Part shown: positions 12,597 through 40,100 of the stretch, piece after piece
Numbering within the stretch: the first letter of the stretch is position 1
Layout: the number at the start of each line of letters is the position of its first letter
Assembly: GCA_964234715.1 (NCBI GenBank)
Contig: OZ174278.1
Length of the DNA: 64,000 nucleotides
DNA from: Podarcis melisellensis
Lineage: Eukaryota
Reading direction: 5' to 3' (one strand)
Made by a program: the position numbers and the translations under genes
The notes under the pieces: model-generated
What the model saw: only the letters and a program-made list of their open reading frames with translations
Databases searched by the model: none
Told to the model about the DNA's origin: nothing

Positions 12597-13472
12597 GGCT
12601 TTTTCAACTTTCTTACTATATTTACGAATATTAAGAGGCAATTTATTTTTATTCCATTTAACTTTAAAATACACCTGTAAATGACACTAACCCAGTGTGG
12701 TGTGTTTTCGAACATTTCCTAAAAGTTGTTGCATTTAATACACACCCTTAATATGAGTTCCTCTTCCCAAAGAGATGTTTGAAACATGACTGCCATGAAT
12801 TGGGATTTTTAACCCAAGCCATTGACCATGGAGGAGGGGGGAATCTGTTGTCTCCTTTTTCTGGTACAGCTCCTCAGGAGGATAGGATTTACTAAAAAGG
12901 ATACCCTATAGAACCAACTGCTCTGTTGTAGTGTGGTGCTAAAGTTCAACCACAATGTTATCAGTTGTGAGAGAGCAGATTACTCACACTAATGTAGCTT
13001 GGGAATCCCTACAATGTAGCTTTGTTCAATTTTTATATTTTCAACTGCTTTTTAATCTGGAAGCAAATGATCAGTTGCTCAAGGTATGCAGCTCTGGCCA
13101 TTTTTTAGGGAAACTTTATATCAGTCAAGAAAAATTTGTGAGGTAGTACCTTGTCGGTATATCACTTTTATACACACACTTTCCTCAGTGTTTATGAGGT
13201 TCCTGAGCAATCCTTTATAAAGGTGTAATAGCAAATGTTAGGTGCAACATCCAGTTGTGTCCACTTGCTCGTGCAACAGGATTTACAGTTTATCTTGTCC
13301 CCCAACCCTTTGCAGATTTGGAAGGATATGCAAACAACTGTTCATGCTATGCTGGATCACACCCCAGCTTTTGAAAGTTACTTCAAGTATACTTTCTAAA
13401 TTGTCAATTTAAGTAGACCAACTTGCTGCTTTTGTTGTCATCCTTTGTAGAACCAACTAATAACTATTAGTA

Positions 13473-13678
13473 CAGTGGTACCTCTGGTTACGTACTTAAT
13501 TCGTTCCGGAGGTCCGTTCTTAACCTGAGGTACCACTTTAGCTAATGGGGCCTGCTGCTGCCGCACCACTGGATCACAATTTCTGTTCTCGCCCTGAAGC
13601 AATGTTCTTAACCCGAGGTACTATTTCTGGGTTAGCGGAGTCTGTAACGTGAAGCGTATGTAACCTGAGGTACCACTG
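13473..13678. mobile_element. Tc1/mariner (Tigger-like) MITE
   Basis: TA|CAGTGGTACCT...AGGTACCACTG|TA. Confidence 0.9.
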
Positions 13679-14095
13679 TATCAGCTTTTGAATACAGCAA
13701 TCCAGTCCTCACATGCCTTTAAGAGCCCTCTGTGAATTCATATTAGAGCTATGCTGGGAGAAACCACACCAGAGAGATAGCATACTATAGCAGGGGTAGG
13801 TAACTTTCAGCTGATGGGCATAGTTACCAGCTGCTAGGCTATATCCACCTGACAATATATATGGTAGGGGGCAGGTAAAGGAGGGGCTTGAACAAGGGCT
13901 GTGCAGGCCCTGTCTTATCCAAGCCAAAAGACACAAAAACTTCTTTCATGACTTGGAAGACTGCACGTTCCTTAGGGCACGGGGAAATAGTCTGAATGCC
14001 AAGGTAAGTGTGAGCAGGTATTTGTGACAGCTATTTTTTAAAAAAATTATAAAACATAATGAAACTTCCACAGTAGCCAGCCACTATACTTAGTC

Positions 14096-14101
14096 TTTAT
14101 T
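14096..14101 (-). terminator. Probable ACAT1 polyadenylation signal AATAAA
   Basis: TTTATT on + strand about 210 nt past the stop. Confidence 0.7.
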
Positions 14102-14309
14102 GTCTTTGATTGAAGTTTAACCCACATTTTATAGTCCCTATGGTATAAAAAAACCACTTGCACTGGATATATAGTAAAAAAAAAAAAATTAGTTGTGTTT
14201 TTTTAAAAACAATGATAGACTGAGCTTGGGCAGGGGGGTCTGCGCTGCAATTCCATAAATAGTTGTAACAGCCATTTGACAGTTGAGCCTTAAGGCTTGC
14301 CATTAGAGT

Positions 14310-27864
<13,555 letters not shown>

Positions 27865-28300
27865 CTTCGCTCTTGCGCCGGCCTCCGCAGCACCAGCAGT
27901 CGCCCTCAGAACCCCTTCAGCTGCCTCGGCAACGGACCTCAGAGGCAGCGCGAGAGCCGCCGCCGTCACCTTCAGAAGGGCACGCCCACCCCTTGACCTA
28001 GCCAATAGGAGCCCAAGGGCGGACCCGCCGTTTAATCCCCTGCCCTCGATTCCTGTGCCTCCGGTCTGAGGAGGGGAGGGCGCGTCAAAGTTGGGATAAA
28101 ATCCTATTGGAGCCTGAAGAGGAGTGGGCGTGGCTATTAGAGAGCAGTGCTATTGGTGAATGAGGGGGCGTGGGAATTAATAAGCGGCGCTCATTGGACA
28201 AGGGGTAGAGGTTGGGGAAAGGGCAAGGAAGAGACACACTATCCTTGTTTGAGAGGGAGGGGCTTAGCAGTTCCCAGCATCAAAGTGAACCGCTTGAAGG

Positions 28301-28412
28301 ACATTCCTTCCCCCAGAGAATTCTGGGCACTGTAGTTTGTTAAGGGCGCTGGGCATTGTAGCTCTGGGAAGAGTAAACTGCAGTGCCCAGAATTCTTTGA
28401 GGGAAGGAATGT
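28301..28412. repeat. Foldback (MITE-like) inverted repeat
   Basis: ACATTCCTTCCC..AGAATTCTGGGCACTG pairs with CAGTGCCCAGAATTCT..GGGAAGGAATGT. Confidence 0.75.
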
Positions 28413-28469
28413 GCTTCGAATGTGCTTTGAACACAGTAGGCAGGGATGTAGACAGTTTAGGTTGGGATG

Positions 28470-28603
28470 GAATCGTAGAATTGGAAGGGACCACAAGGGC
28501 CATCTAGTCCAACCCCCTGCAGCACAGGTATCTTTTAGCCAGCGTGGGACTCAAACTCACAACCCTGAAATTAGGAGTCTCCTGCTTCAACGACTGAGCT
28601 ACC
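28470..28603 (-). mobile_element. tRNA(Lys)-like-headed SINE with CR1-type tail; decayed + strand copy about 56835-56940
   Basis: GGTAGCTCAGTCG..GAGACTCCTAATTTCAGGGTTGTGAGTTTGAGTCCCAC head plus GGTCCCTTCCAATTCTACGATTC tail. Confidence 0.75.
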
Positions 28604-30159
28604 TTGTTTGAAGAGGAAGCATTCACTATTGCTCCCAACTGCCATAAATGTGCAATGGCAAAACAAGTTCTCAGCACAACACGCACACAAAAGAGGCACC
28701 AAACGAGAAAAACAATTTACACAAAAGTGCACAAACCAAACATGAACTGGCAATAAAGTTGCTTTGCTTACCACTCTCTCCCCCAACTAGTCTGGTGAAG
28801 AGTTCTGGGGAACATGCAAGCTTGCACACTATTTTGTGAACTTTTTTTGGTCTAAGAAAGGTATTGCTCTAATCTGGATTTTTACAATGTGACAGTAAAG
28901 TGACTTTCAGCCTTATCAGTATACAAGCATACTCTGATGCCCCAGTTTTAGGCATACTTATTTGGGACTTAAATCTCATTAAGTCAAAAACACACATCTC
29001 ACACTGCCTTGGATACCATCGAATTCCTGTTTTGTTTTGGGGGGAAAAGATATTCAGGAGTGTCAGGACCAGCCTTCTGGACCCAGCCTAAAGGCTTTGT
29101 TTGAAAAAAACACTGAAATGATCCAATGTTTTATCGACATTTGCTGCAATACAGAAAACAGAAGATTACACTGTGGACTCCAATGAGTCGTAGTACAGGC
29201 TGTAAAAGAAGATTAGGCAATAAAACCGAAGTTTTTGTAAACTCTTATTATATGACAGGTGTGGAGCTATGTAAATGTTATTTTAGCAAACTTCCAAGAA
29301 TATAATAATGGAACAGGATGAAAAACGGCTAGCGACCACTTCATGCATAGTAAATCCCTTTATAAAAGCACTTGTGTGTCATATATGCATCATCATGTAA
29401 AAAATGGCTGTGATCCAAAGAGCTACTTGTTAAAATAAACTGCTTAAAGGACAAGCCATACATCAGTCTTCCATGTCTTGGTAGACTACTGCCTCCAAGT
29501 GCCTCAACCACAGCTGGAATTTCTTTCATCTCTTAACATGAGAGAGAATTTTTTCTCAACTTTTAAGTGTTCAGTCTACTAGTGCTGTACTGCTCAAATT
29601 TCTGAAAAAATAAAATGTCATTGAGTGTCACCAGATCAATTACAAATCCAAACTGTCCATGGGACTGAAGGCAATATATCCAAGTACTAAAGCGACATTA
29701 ATTGAGTAAGCAGCACTAAATAGCGGTGGGAAAGTATTGATTTTTAATAGCAACTTGCAATCCAAATCTTCTAGTTTAAAATTTCAATTACTTTGCCCTA
29801 CTATAAGGTTTACATAGAGAGCTTGTACTAAAAAGGTAGTAAACTTCTGTTACATAGAAAGAACTGATAATTAGGTGCTGTGGATTTGGATCAGATTATA
29901 TTGCTGCACTGCTGTCTGGCAAGGCAGTTGTACGTGCCATGCATATAGCCAATACAAATGCATATCCCTGTAACAATGCTCACAGGTCCCTTGGAACCTA
30001 TGTGGTGTTAAATGCTGATAAAAACACTTATTCATACCTTGGACTAGCTTGGGTTTGGATTTCAAAACAACTGATGGTAGTCTAGGAACCCTGATGGACT
30101 GTGTTTCATTCCCATTTTCAAAAGGTTCTGAAGATAACACCAAAATGTTTTGTGGTTTT

Positions 30160-33100
30160 TTATATTTTATATTACATTTTTATTTTGCAAGAAAATAAAT
30201 TATACAACTTAAAAAATAAAATCCAAAAATTAAGCAGTACATCAAAATAGTTCAGCCGGACTGCCATACAAGAAGAAACTGCTACCAGTCAAAATTGTAC
30301 AGCATTATTTCAGTATGTAGTGGCACACATTCAAAACTGTAAATAACCATATGTAGATGGATATTACAACCTAGGAAACTCATGTTTGCGCTGCACTCCA
30401 GGCTACATATAGTCTATTAAAACAGGAAAGCTCTTGTGTATTGTTTTATTTCACAAATATGACCTTGAATTTACAAAGATAGGATCCCAGCCAGTTCCAT
30501 GAAAATAGAAAATAGTTTTGCGCTTAACGATACCAAATCTTTCCGTGAAGCTATCAAATATTTCTCTCAGCTGCATTTTTAAAATTTGTACCTTTTACAA
30601 CGGATACTGTAATGCAAATAAATCCAAAGTATTCAACTACCCGGGCCATGTTACTTTCTTTCCCCTCAAAAGGGGGAAGCCACCACTCAAACATAAGTTA
30701 AACTTCACTATGCTCCAACAACAGCTTTGAACAAATGAATAGGTAGAAAACAAGGGACACCAGTAGGATAAAGGGGGGAAATGGAAGACTTCAAAATTAA
30801 GTATGAGCCTCATATGTTGCGACAAAAGTTTTTTTGTTTTTTTTAACAACTATGTTTAAAATCAATGCAACCTACATTATTTTTCACATCTAGAGTATTA
30901 CTTAATACAAACCACAATGGCAGTGCTTGTGGCAACATACATTTTTCAGAAGCAGCACCTCTTTATGCTAGGTCTTTGGAGAAAAATATCCAAAGCTAAA
31001 AATCAAGCTTTAAAAGTGCCATGTTGCCATATTGCAATGACTGATGATTCAGTTCATTCTTAGATTTGGATGTTTTCCTATTTCTCCATACATTTTTAAA
31101 CCAGTTTGTTTCTCTTCCTGATAAGCTTTAGCCTTAAGGGCATCTTGGTGAAAAGTGTCCTGACAAGAGAACGCTAAATGTGATTCTGCAGCTGTAAGGA
31201 AATTGCTGGTGTGATTTTTTCAGATTCAGTGTTTTACATGACATCCTGATCCAATGTACACAAAAAGAAAAGAAAAAAAAAAACTGAACAAAGTTATAGG
31301 CACATTGTCCGTTGTAATTCCCCTGGTCCTAGAAACATTTAGGTACCTTGTGTAAGAAATAACCGTAAGAGATGGAGACGCAAGGGCACTGTGAATTTTG
31401 CTGCTATGTAAATGAGCAAGACAAACTCTCACTGGCAAGATCCAAACAGCCTCATGTGATCCTTAAAGTGCTTCTGCATGTGGATGGGTTTTCTGAGGTT
31501 TTTTCCTTTTCTTTTTCTTTTTGGCAATTTTCCTTTTGAAGTACAGGCCACTGTACTGCACTCTTTTTAGGGAGAACAAGGGGCTGATGGGAGGGCTTTA
31601 TGAATAGTCACAAATGAAGTCCATGGTAGTCATTTACATCCTAGCCACTAATTCCAAAGTTCTAAAGTAGTTGCACTGCTAAGAATAAAAATAGGGAAAG
31701 GAATATTTTTTGACAATCAGGCTGCTCATGTCTGAACGATACCAAGAAATTAAATATGAAGTTTAAAGCTGGTTTTATATTTAATGTGTCATGCCTACTG
31801 CCTCCAATACAAATTAATGGGAAGCATACAATTCAAAAGCACTCTCATCAAAGTATTCAAGAAATATGTACAAATATTTTAAAAAATTACTTGCCCTTTT
31901 CTACCCATTTCCAAACCAACTTCCAAACCAAATGCAGTTTTAGAAACCCTGTAGAATGTAGACTTCTGGGGGATCAATTTTAGTTGTCTTTCCCTTTAAC
32001 AAGGAGTGCTTGACAAGTATGTAAAACATTTTTTTAAAATTCTTGCCCATAAAATTTTGATGCTGAAATTCAACAATTCTATGTTAACTTGGAAGTTAAC
32101 TTTATGTCAACTCTATGTTAATTTTTAAAAAATATTATCCTCTGATCCACAATAAAAATGCGCACATTAAGTGTAGAAAGTGAGGTTTTTAAATCACTGC
32201 CTGTTTTCATCTGCCACTTTTGCATTTCCATGCAGATTTGTCAGTCTCTGCCATTCCAAAGCACATACAGTTCCCCACCCACACTGGTATGTTATTTATG
32301 ATCACTTAAGGGCGCCAGTACCAACCTCTGTCTGTGGATCGGTAGACTACCTTTGGAGCCCCATTATAGGTAAAATACAGCAACCATTTCCAATTTCACT
32401 CTGTCCACACAGCTATCTGTTACTATTTCACTTTCCAACCTGTAAGCATAATCACTAACTTTAAGAAGGAAAGACAATTGCTCTAGACTGCTAAAAGTTT
32501 AAGGGCCGTTTTGCAACATTGCTTTCCCCAGGCAGAACCTTTAGGAATAGGGTATGGTAAAAGCTGAACTGGCGTTAGGTAATTTTTTCCCCCCACACTA
32601 GTAATGCTGAGGCAGGAAGCTCGACTCTTCATGGACATTTTAAAGCAGCTGGAGACTTGGCAGTTAACTCTGAAAATGACTAGCATCTTGTTGTGGTGTG
32701 GCAGTTCTCTTGCCCTTAGTAAAGCACTCTTTAGCCCTAAGCCTTAATGTGCATTGCTTTAAGTCTCTGGAAGATTTTTATCAAGGGAAAGGGGTGGGGG
32801 ATGTGCACATTCCATCAGTGGGGGCTCACTGAAACAAATGGAAGCCGGGTGGCAGCATTTTTTCCTTTTTTGTAGAACAGTCAGATTTATGACAATCTGT
32901 CAGCATATATATGTGGAGCTGGTCTAGGAGGTCAAAGAATTATCATATTCCACACAGTTGATCCCACCCCACCCCCCGCCAGAGTAGAACTGTATTAAAA
33001 AAAAATGTAACATTTAGAGATTTTCAAATAAATAATCAAGGAAGAAATATATAGGGATTGTCAAAATGTTAATTCCTATTTTGGATAAGTTGTGCACTGG

Positions 33101-33940
33101 CTATTTTTAATGCATTCAGATTTACGCAAGCATACTATATTAAATGTACAAAGAGATACACTTAATATTTCATTTTGTTTCACCATAAACAGATCCATCC
33201 ATGAAACACAGTTCTTAAGGGTGAAGCCATAATCAAGAGAAAGCAACACCTCTTATTTTAAAAAGGAGGGGAATGAAGTCATCTGTCCAAGAAACAAATG
33301 TTTACCCAAGTTTTGTAAAGAAAAGTGACAAACAGGATATATCCTGCTTAACATCACTTGTGTCTCAGTATCCAAATTCAGTTATACTGAAGCACTTTGC
33401 TTGAGCCCAAAGATAAATATGTATCTTCAGCTGTGATGCTATTTGTGTCTTGCTCAAATATTGTACATAAAAATGGATCAAAAGGAGGCTGTTGATCCGA
33501 AACACAAAGTGTGAACTGCTACATCTAGTCCTACTCGCTGCTTTCTTAAAAATGTGACAACCCTCAGTGCATGGGTTTTGAAGATTATTTTCCTTGTGCA
33601 AGGTACTGTTCATCTAGAAACCCCAAATCTGTTCTTTTCCAGGTGGGTACAATGGAAATCTAAAAAAATATCACAACGGGCTCTCAATGAATGCAAAGTT
33701 TCCCCACAAAAACAGCATGCTGTTAAAAACCTGTGCAACATGAAGGGAACGCCATCATGCTAGCTGAAAAAAAAAAAGGTTGGCAAAACAAAGTCCTCTG
33801 GTAAGGTAAGGCAGGGATTTGAATATGTAATGCAAGTCAAACAAGTCCTTTCTCAGCACAGTTCATTTTCTTGTAGTTGTCTGCTCAAGCCATCTCCAAT
33901 GCACATTTCCTTGGCATCTTCCAGTAAGAGAGTCTTCAAG
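30160..33940 (-). other. CUL5: CUL5 long 3' UTR (about 3.8 kb), AATAAA at 30445-30450 and 30179-30184
   Basis: AU-rich, no recognisable TE, tandem poly(A) signals; distal end inferred. Confidence 0.65.
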
Positions 33941-34135
33941 CTATGCCATGTATATAAAAGTGTTGATATCTGATTCATCTCTTCTGATATATTTGTGTTC
34001 TATAAGCCATTCAATCTGCTCTTTTATCATTTTCTTCTGTGGCAAGAACATGTTCTTTAATATCTCTACTAGTTCAGTCTGAAGCTGAGCATTAGTAATT
34101 TTCTTCCTCATTTTCATTATTTGGATGATAGCCTC
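33941..34135 (-). CDS. CUL5: CUL5 exon 19 coding part
   Basis: EAIIQIMKMRKK...FIYMA*. Confidence 0.97.
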   Translation of the reverse strand, partial: EAIIQIMKMRKKITNAQLQTELVEILKNMFLPQKKMIKEQIEWLIEHKYIRRDESDINTFIYMA

Positions 34136-37100
34136 CTAAGCAAGGGGGAAAGGTAAGAAAAAGCACTTTGGGTGTCTGTTGTACAAGGTTAACAAACCAA
34201 ATCTATTTAACTGGTTGGCAGAGAAGACAGTCAATTTCACAAGTATCACTTCGTAAATCACAGAATTTTGAAGACTAGGGCTACCTATTATACTAACTGA
34301 AAAGAAGAGCCAACTTAGCTTAAGACACACCCCTCATTTTAGATTTGTACTTACCAGCTTAGTTGAATTCACATGGACTGCTTTAGCAACATAGTAAGCA
34401 ATTATTTATTTGTTTACCTTTATCTGTTTATATTTAAAAGCATTCCTAATGTTAAGCAAATATTTAAAAATCTCTTAAGCAGCATACAAATATACATAAA
34501 CGATAATAACAACAAAATAATGTAACAGAGATCTTCAGATATTTCCTTCAGAGTTGCTAGACACATAGTCACAGCAACCAAGAGAGGAAAACATTTTGTA
34601 CTAACACAAGACAAAGTTGCAACTATGCTGGTAAAAGTGAAGGTCAAACAAGGTCCTACCATTTTATTTTAATATCATAAAAGCCTATTGCTTTCGAAAA
34701 CTGCAGGGGTATGAGTACTGGCAGAGGGCAGTTTGTGAGAATAACACTTAGCCTCTTTAAGCTAACATATTACATATATGCATACTGGAGAGGATCGTGT
34801 AAGTTATGAATTTTCAGCTAAAAGATTTGGGACTAAGTTTGTCATTATTAAGCTGGCTCAGACATTCACCCTGAAAGCTAAGTTCTCAGAAGTTGTAGGG
34901 CATGGGGCTCAGCATCTCATGAATGCTACTGCATGTGAGCCAGGCGTTTGAAACTACCAACGTATGGTCAAACAGGACAGAAATTAATTAAACAAAGCAC
35001 ACACTTTGCCACTGGGCAGCAGTGGGTGCACATTCCCAAGGCCCTGGGACACAACACACATAGATTTCTGCTAGGGTGACTCTACAAATCAACCTGTTGT
35101 GTCAGTGTGGCACTACCAAGGTTACATAGTTTTGATGACACATTTAGGTATGAATGCTGACTTTGAAATTTCAGAAAGCATGGATGACACTCTTCCAAGC
35201 ATATCTTGGAATGACAAGACTGTTTCCTTTTTATTTCTATTAACACCGAAGTAGCTGAATTTTGCATCCCATATCACCATTTGTGTGCCAATGGAAACGC
35301 ATAAAACACACAGTCCTAGTCATGATGGACCCGCAGCAATTTTGCAACTCAGTCCCTGTTCCTATGTTGTGGATAAGAAAATTTGCTTCTGTTCATGTTG
35401 CCCCTTGCGGCTTTGCACCTGTGTAGCCTGGTGCAAAGCAGATTTTCACCTGCCTGTATTATGGAGCCCTTTTGATCACAAAGTCAGATAGTTAAACATG
35501 AATTTCCACATCCTACAGTGACAGATCTACTCTTCATTTAATTAGATAAACTGTAAAGGAAGGCAAAAACAAGCTGTCAGGTACTGAAGCACTTTAGACT
35601 TCAAGAGCATACAGAGAGATCATACTTGTAGTAGTGTAAAAAATAAATAAATCATAGAGTTGAACAGTTAGAAAACTGAATCAAAGCCAGAAGGTTATAT
35701 AGGATTAACGTACCTGCGTCCGTAATATTCTTAACTGGACTATCCCTTCATTTTCCTCTTCTCGCATTCTCTCTGTAGTTAATTGAAGTCTACCAATTAG
35801 GTTTATCTTACCTCTCTTTTGAACTTTTGCATTTTTTCTGAAATAATTAAGAATGAGATGAAGCAAAATATATAGGATATGCAAGATGCTTTCACTGCTT
35901 AGTCCTAATCCAAAGAGACTCTCCAAGAATTCAGGCAAAGCTATTTCTGAGTGCTAATGCTCATCAACCTTTATTATGATTAGGATTATCATAATTACAA
36001 TTACCTGCCCTTCACCCTAAGGTCCCAAGGCAGGTGACAATTAAACCACAACACAAATATTAAAACACAATCATTACACAATGCTAAGAACAATTCAAAA
36101 CAAATTAAAAACTTACAAAAATATGAGGGGTCCTAAAAAGGTGCATCTCAAGTGTCAAAAACAAGGGTTAAAAGGTACATTTAATTGGGGGCACTGGGGA
36201 CTCAACCAAAGTGTTGTATTCTACCGCTATAAATACAGGTATCTCCCCACTTGCAGGTGTTCAACCCGTGCGTATACACATCAGCAAGATTAGTTGTAAC
36301 TTGCCAAAATGAAGAATATTTATTACAAAATTCTGACCTCTACAAAAAGGACTTGGTTAAACATGTTTGCCAAGTACATCATGAAAAACATCAAGAATGA
36401 AAACATTTTAATTTCTGCCTATAAGTAGGAGATAAGATATAAGAACACTTCAAACCTGATAGGCCAATGCCAAAACATTCAGTCTCAATTAACTGCAAAA
36501 ATGTCAACCATTTTAAGTTTTGCTCTGATATGACACATCTGCAAAATGAAATCTAAGTATTGTTGGACCAAAAATTGTCCTTCATCTTCTACAAAGTGCT
36601 TAAGGAATAAACCAATTCTACATCTTACATTAAGCTGAACTCCTGGTTCACTGAGAAGAGGGTTCCTTCAGTAAAGTCTTTGGGTGAGTTGACTTGAGGT
36701 TCATATGACAAAACCTGACGTTTCAACTTTGGAAATGCTACAAGCGACTGTTGAGAAGAAAGGTGAGAGTGAGTGAGTGAGTGAGAGATACACACCATAA
36801 AAATAAGCTTTCAGGTGAAATTTTGGCAAATCCGCAGCATTTTGTCATGCTATCTGTTTGCTAGATACAAACAGCAGAGAAATCCTGCTTTATTTTAACC
36901 AGCTGCTAAAACGGAACAATTCTTATACACATTCTCGTAGCAAGCAAAGCAACTGTGAACAATGGAACGATGAAAACTAAATAACAAACAAATACTTTGA
37001 ATAAAGCTGTCCCTAACTCTTTGACAACACCCTTAGCAAAAGGAAAGTATAAAAGTCCCGCTTGCACCAAACTGAGTTATTAAAAACTTATGGGTTGTAT

Positions 37101-40100
37101 CCAGCCTTGTTATTTAGCTAATGGCAAGACTTTGGTTAAGGCCTGGTTCTGTCACTGAAGTATGTGATGTCTGCATATCTGGACAACTTTTTCTGGAACA
37201 GTGATTACATAAGCAACCATAATAGACTGCCCACCCCCAACCATACAAAAAAGCCCTGAAGAAAAGTCCATCTCCAACTGCTGCACGGAGCCAATATTAC
37301 TTGGCAAGTTGTAATCATGTTTAACTACCAGCAGATGAAATACACACCTGACCACTTTTTCATCACTATGTTGGAACTGTGAGATATAGCTTCCCTTCCC
37401 CCTTACACTGAGAACAAGCTGTTTTGATCAAAAACATATGAATCATCATCAATAATTCTAACCATAAAAAGGCAGTATAAAAATAAGACAGGAAGTATGA
37501 CAACTCTTAAAGTTCAACAACATTCATAGCTACAGTATTCTTTCTCGCCTCTCCATTAACTGTTGCCCAACTAACTTACAAATTTCGTATAAGTTTTTAT
37601 TTGTTTTGGTCTATTCTATTGTGGTTTTAACTTTCTGGGTGTTTTCAGTTATGGTTGTAAATATTTTAGTGATAAATGTTATGACATAAACAAACAAACT
37701 GTCCTGGGAACAGAAGAGGGAGGGAGGGAATCACAGACCTCAGCTGCTCTGTGTTCTGTCCTGCCACAGGGCCTACTGACACCAACTGCACTGTTCTGTT
37801 ATTTGTTCTATTTTGATTTTATTAACGTATTTTGTTTTTACCCCTCAGTCACCTTGGAAGGGTGTGTAACCTTAATAGTGGAACATAAATAACAATAAAT
37901 AGGACTTGACTTAACATTAAGACTACCAAACCAATTTCCCAGAAAAGATCATTCAGGAATTCTGCGCAATTATCACTCTCTAAATATTATTTTGGTTTAC
38001 TTTTAGGGGACTTGATTTTACTTAAAAAGCATAACAAATTGAGCTTTGTTTCAAAATTATCCACCCAACACCCACACCCTTGTCCTATAAATAAAATTAG
38101 TTTGAAAATCTGGGCACATACCCACAAAGTTCTCCTGAGCTCAGCATCAGGGAGTTCTGTTGCCAGTTTAAGGTTTTCAAAGCTGATCTTCTCTCGGGGT
38201 CTTTGGTTCCAGGCAAAAAGCACAGCCAGCTGAAACGTTGTTACCTCCAAGTCATACTGGCCAACTTCATTCTTAAAAGTTATCTGTTAAAGGGAGCAAA
38301 AATTATCCATGAACTGTACTTAAGTACAGACTTGTCTCCAGCTCACCAAGACCAAGTACATATTTAGAAAAATACAGAACAGAAGTGACTGGCACATGCA
38401 TACATACAATTCCATTGGACATAAGGTGATGCCAGTGAAGTTTCCTGCCGCTGTGGTTCTTTTTGTAGAACTCTTCCACCTCAGGGATGAGATCTTCTAA
38501 TTCCGTGGGCAGCGATACAAAAACCTTTTCAGAACTTCTGGACCAGGCCCCAGCATTCAAAATTTTGATATTCACAGAATCCGCTGTACAAACAAAAACA
38601 CAGACGAATTCCAAATCAGAATGTAAGTCACACAGAGCCAACAGCAAAACATCTCTGACAGGTTAGCACAATAAAGAAACTGACTCTTTTCATGCTGGAG
38701 TCAAGCAGCGTCATTCTATGTAACACAGGAAAATAAGAGTACCTGGTAGGGCCAGCTTATTATTTTTGTGCATTTCCTTGAAAGCCTGGTTCAAATCTTC
38801 AGATACTTTGATATCCTGGAACATTCTCGCCAGCTTATTTACATAATCTGCTGGCATACCTACTTCCTGCATAAAGAGATGGCAAATTAAATGTAGGCAC
38901 AATAGGATCTTTAAAAGGAAGGGGTTGTACTGAACAGTAGCATTGTATTTTTCAAATGTAGTTAATTCAAAAGGTATAACCCGCATAGACAATATACACA
39001 TACTGCCCCCCCCCACCAGTGCTTGACAGCTACACAGGCCTATCAGATAATGGAAAACCAGACGGTCTCAAGTGGGATGAAGCAGCATGTTGATAAATGT
39101 AAATCTGGAAAGCACCAGCTAGTATGGCCTTAGTAACTACTGCATTTGGCAATGTCCAATGATCAGCTCTGCACATCTAACACAGCAAGTCTGAAAATGT
39201 CTGCTATGTGAGTTGCATAGCTATATGAAAAACAGTTAGGCCTCTATTTCCACTCCACCGAGTTTCTTGGGGTTGGATACCATCGTGATGCAATTTGTTT
39301 ACCTACAAATGACTTGGCCAGAAACAAGAGTTTGGCCTCCAGTCCCATTATATAGGCAGACATTCTTTCTTTCAGGAAATGAGTAATTCTGCAAGCCTCC
39401 AGGAAGATTGCCCCCAAAGTTCCTGCATCAGTCAAAAGTCTTCCACTTACTGAAGGAAGGGGTGCCTACTAACTTCTTGAGAGAGAGGAAAACAAACTCT
39501 CATATGAGATGCACCTGCCTAGAAAAGAGAGCCGTGCAATGCTCACAGAGTCCCATGGAGAGGACTGGCGGTGGCTGGAGCTAATGTAAGGGCCACCACT
39601 TGGCCATTGTGTATATAAATAGCTGTTATATCATAAAGAAGTTATATTATCATAAGGAACTTAATCTAATTAAATTATGAGTTTTGTGGCTTATTCTGAG
39701 AGATTCTGTTTTACAGAAAATACTGTAAGCCTAAGTCTTATGAAACAGAGCTACTACTAATTTTCAATATTTTAATTTTTTTAAATACTTAATTTTAAAC
39801 ATAAAGGCCTATTCTAAGAAGGAAATTCATTAGCACTCATCCAATTTGCAGTGCAGGTAGACCACGGGTAGGCAAATTAAGGCCCAGGGGCCAGATTCAG
39901 CCAAATCGCCTTCTAAATGTGGCCCACGAACGGTCCAGGAATCAGCATGTTTGTACATGAGTAGAATGTGTCCTTTTATTTAAAATGCATCTCTGGGTTA
40001 TTTGTGGGGCATAGGAATTTGTTCATTTTTTCCACTTCAAAATAATAGTCCGGCCCCCCACAAGGTCTGAGGGACAGTGGACCGGCCCCCTGCTAAAACG

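Noticed and set aside
28535-28603. tRNA-Lys-like gene
   Set aside because: Degenerate B box and directly fused to a CR1-type tail, so a SINE head
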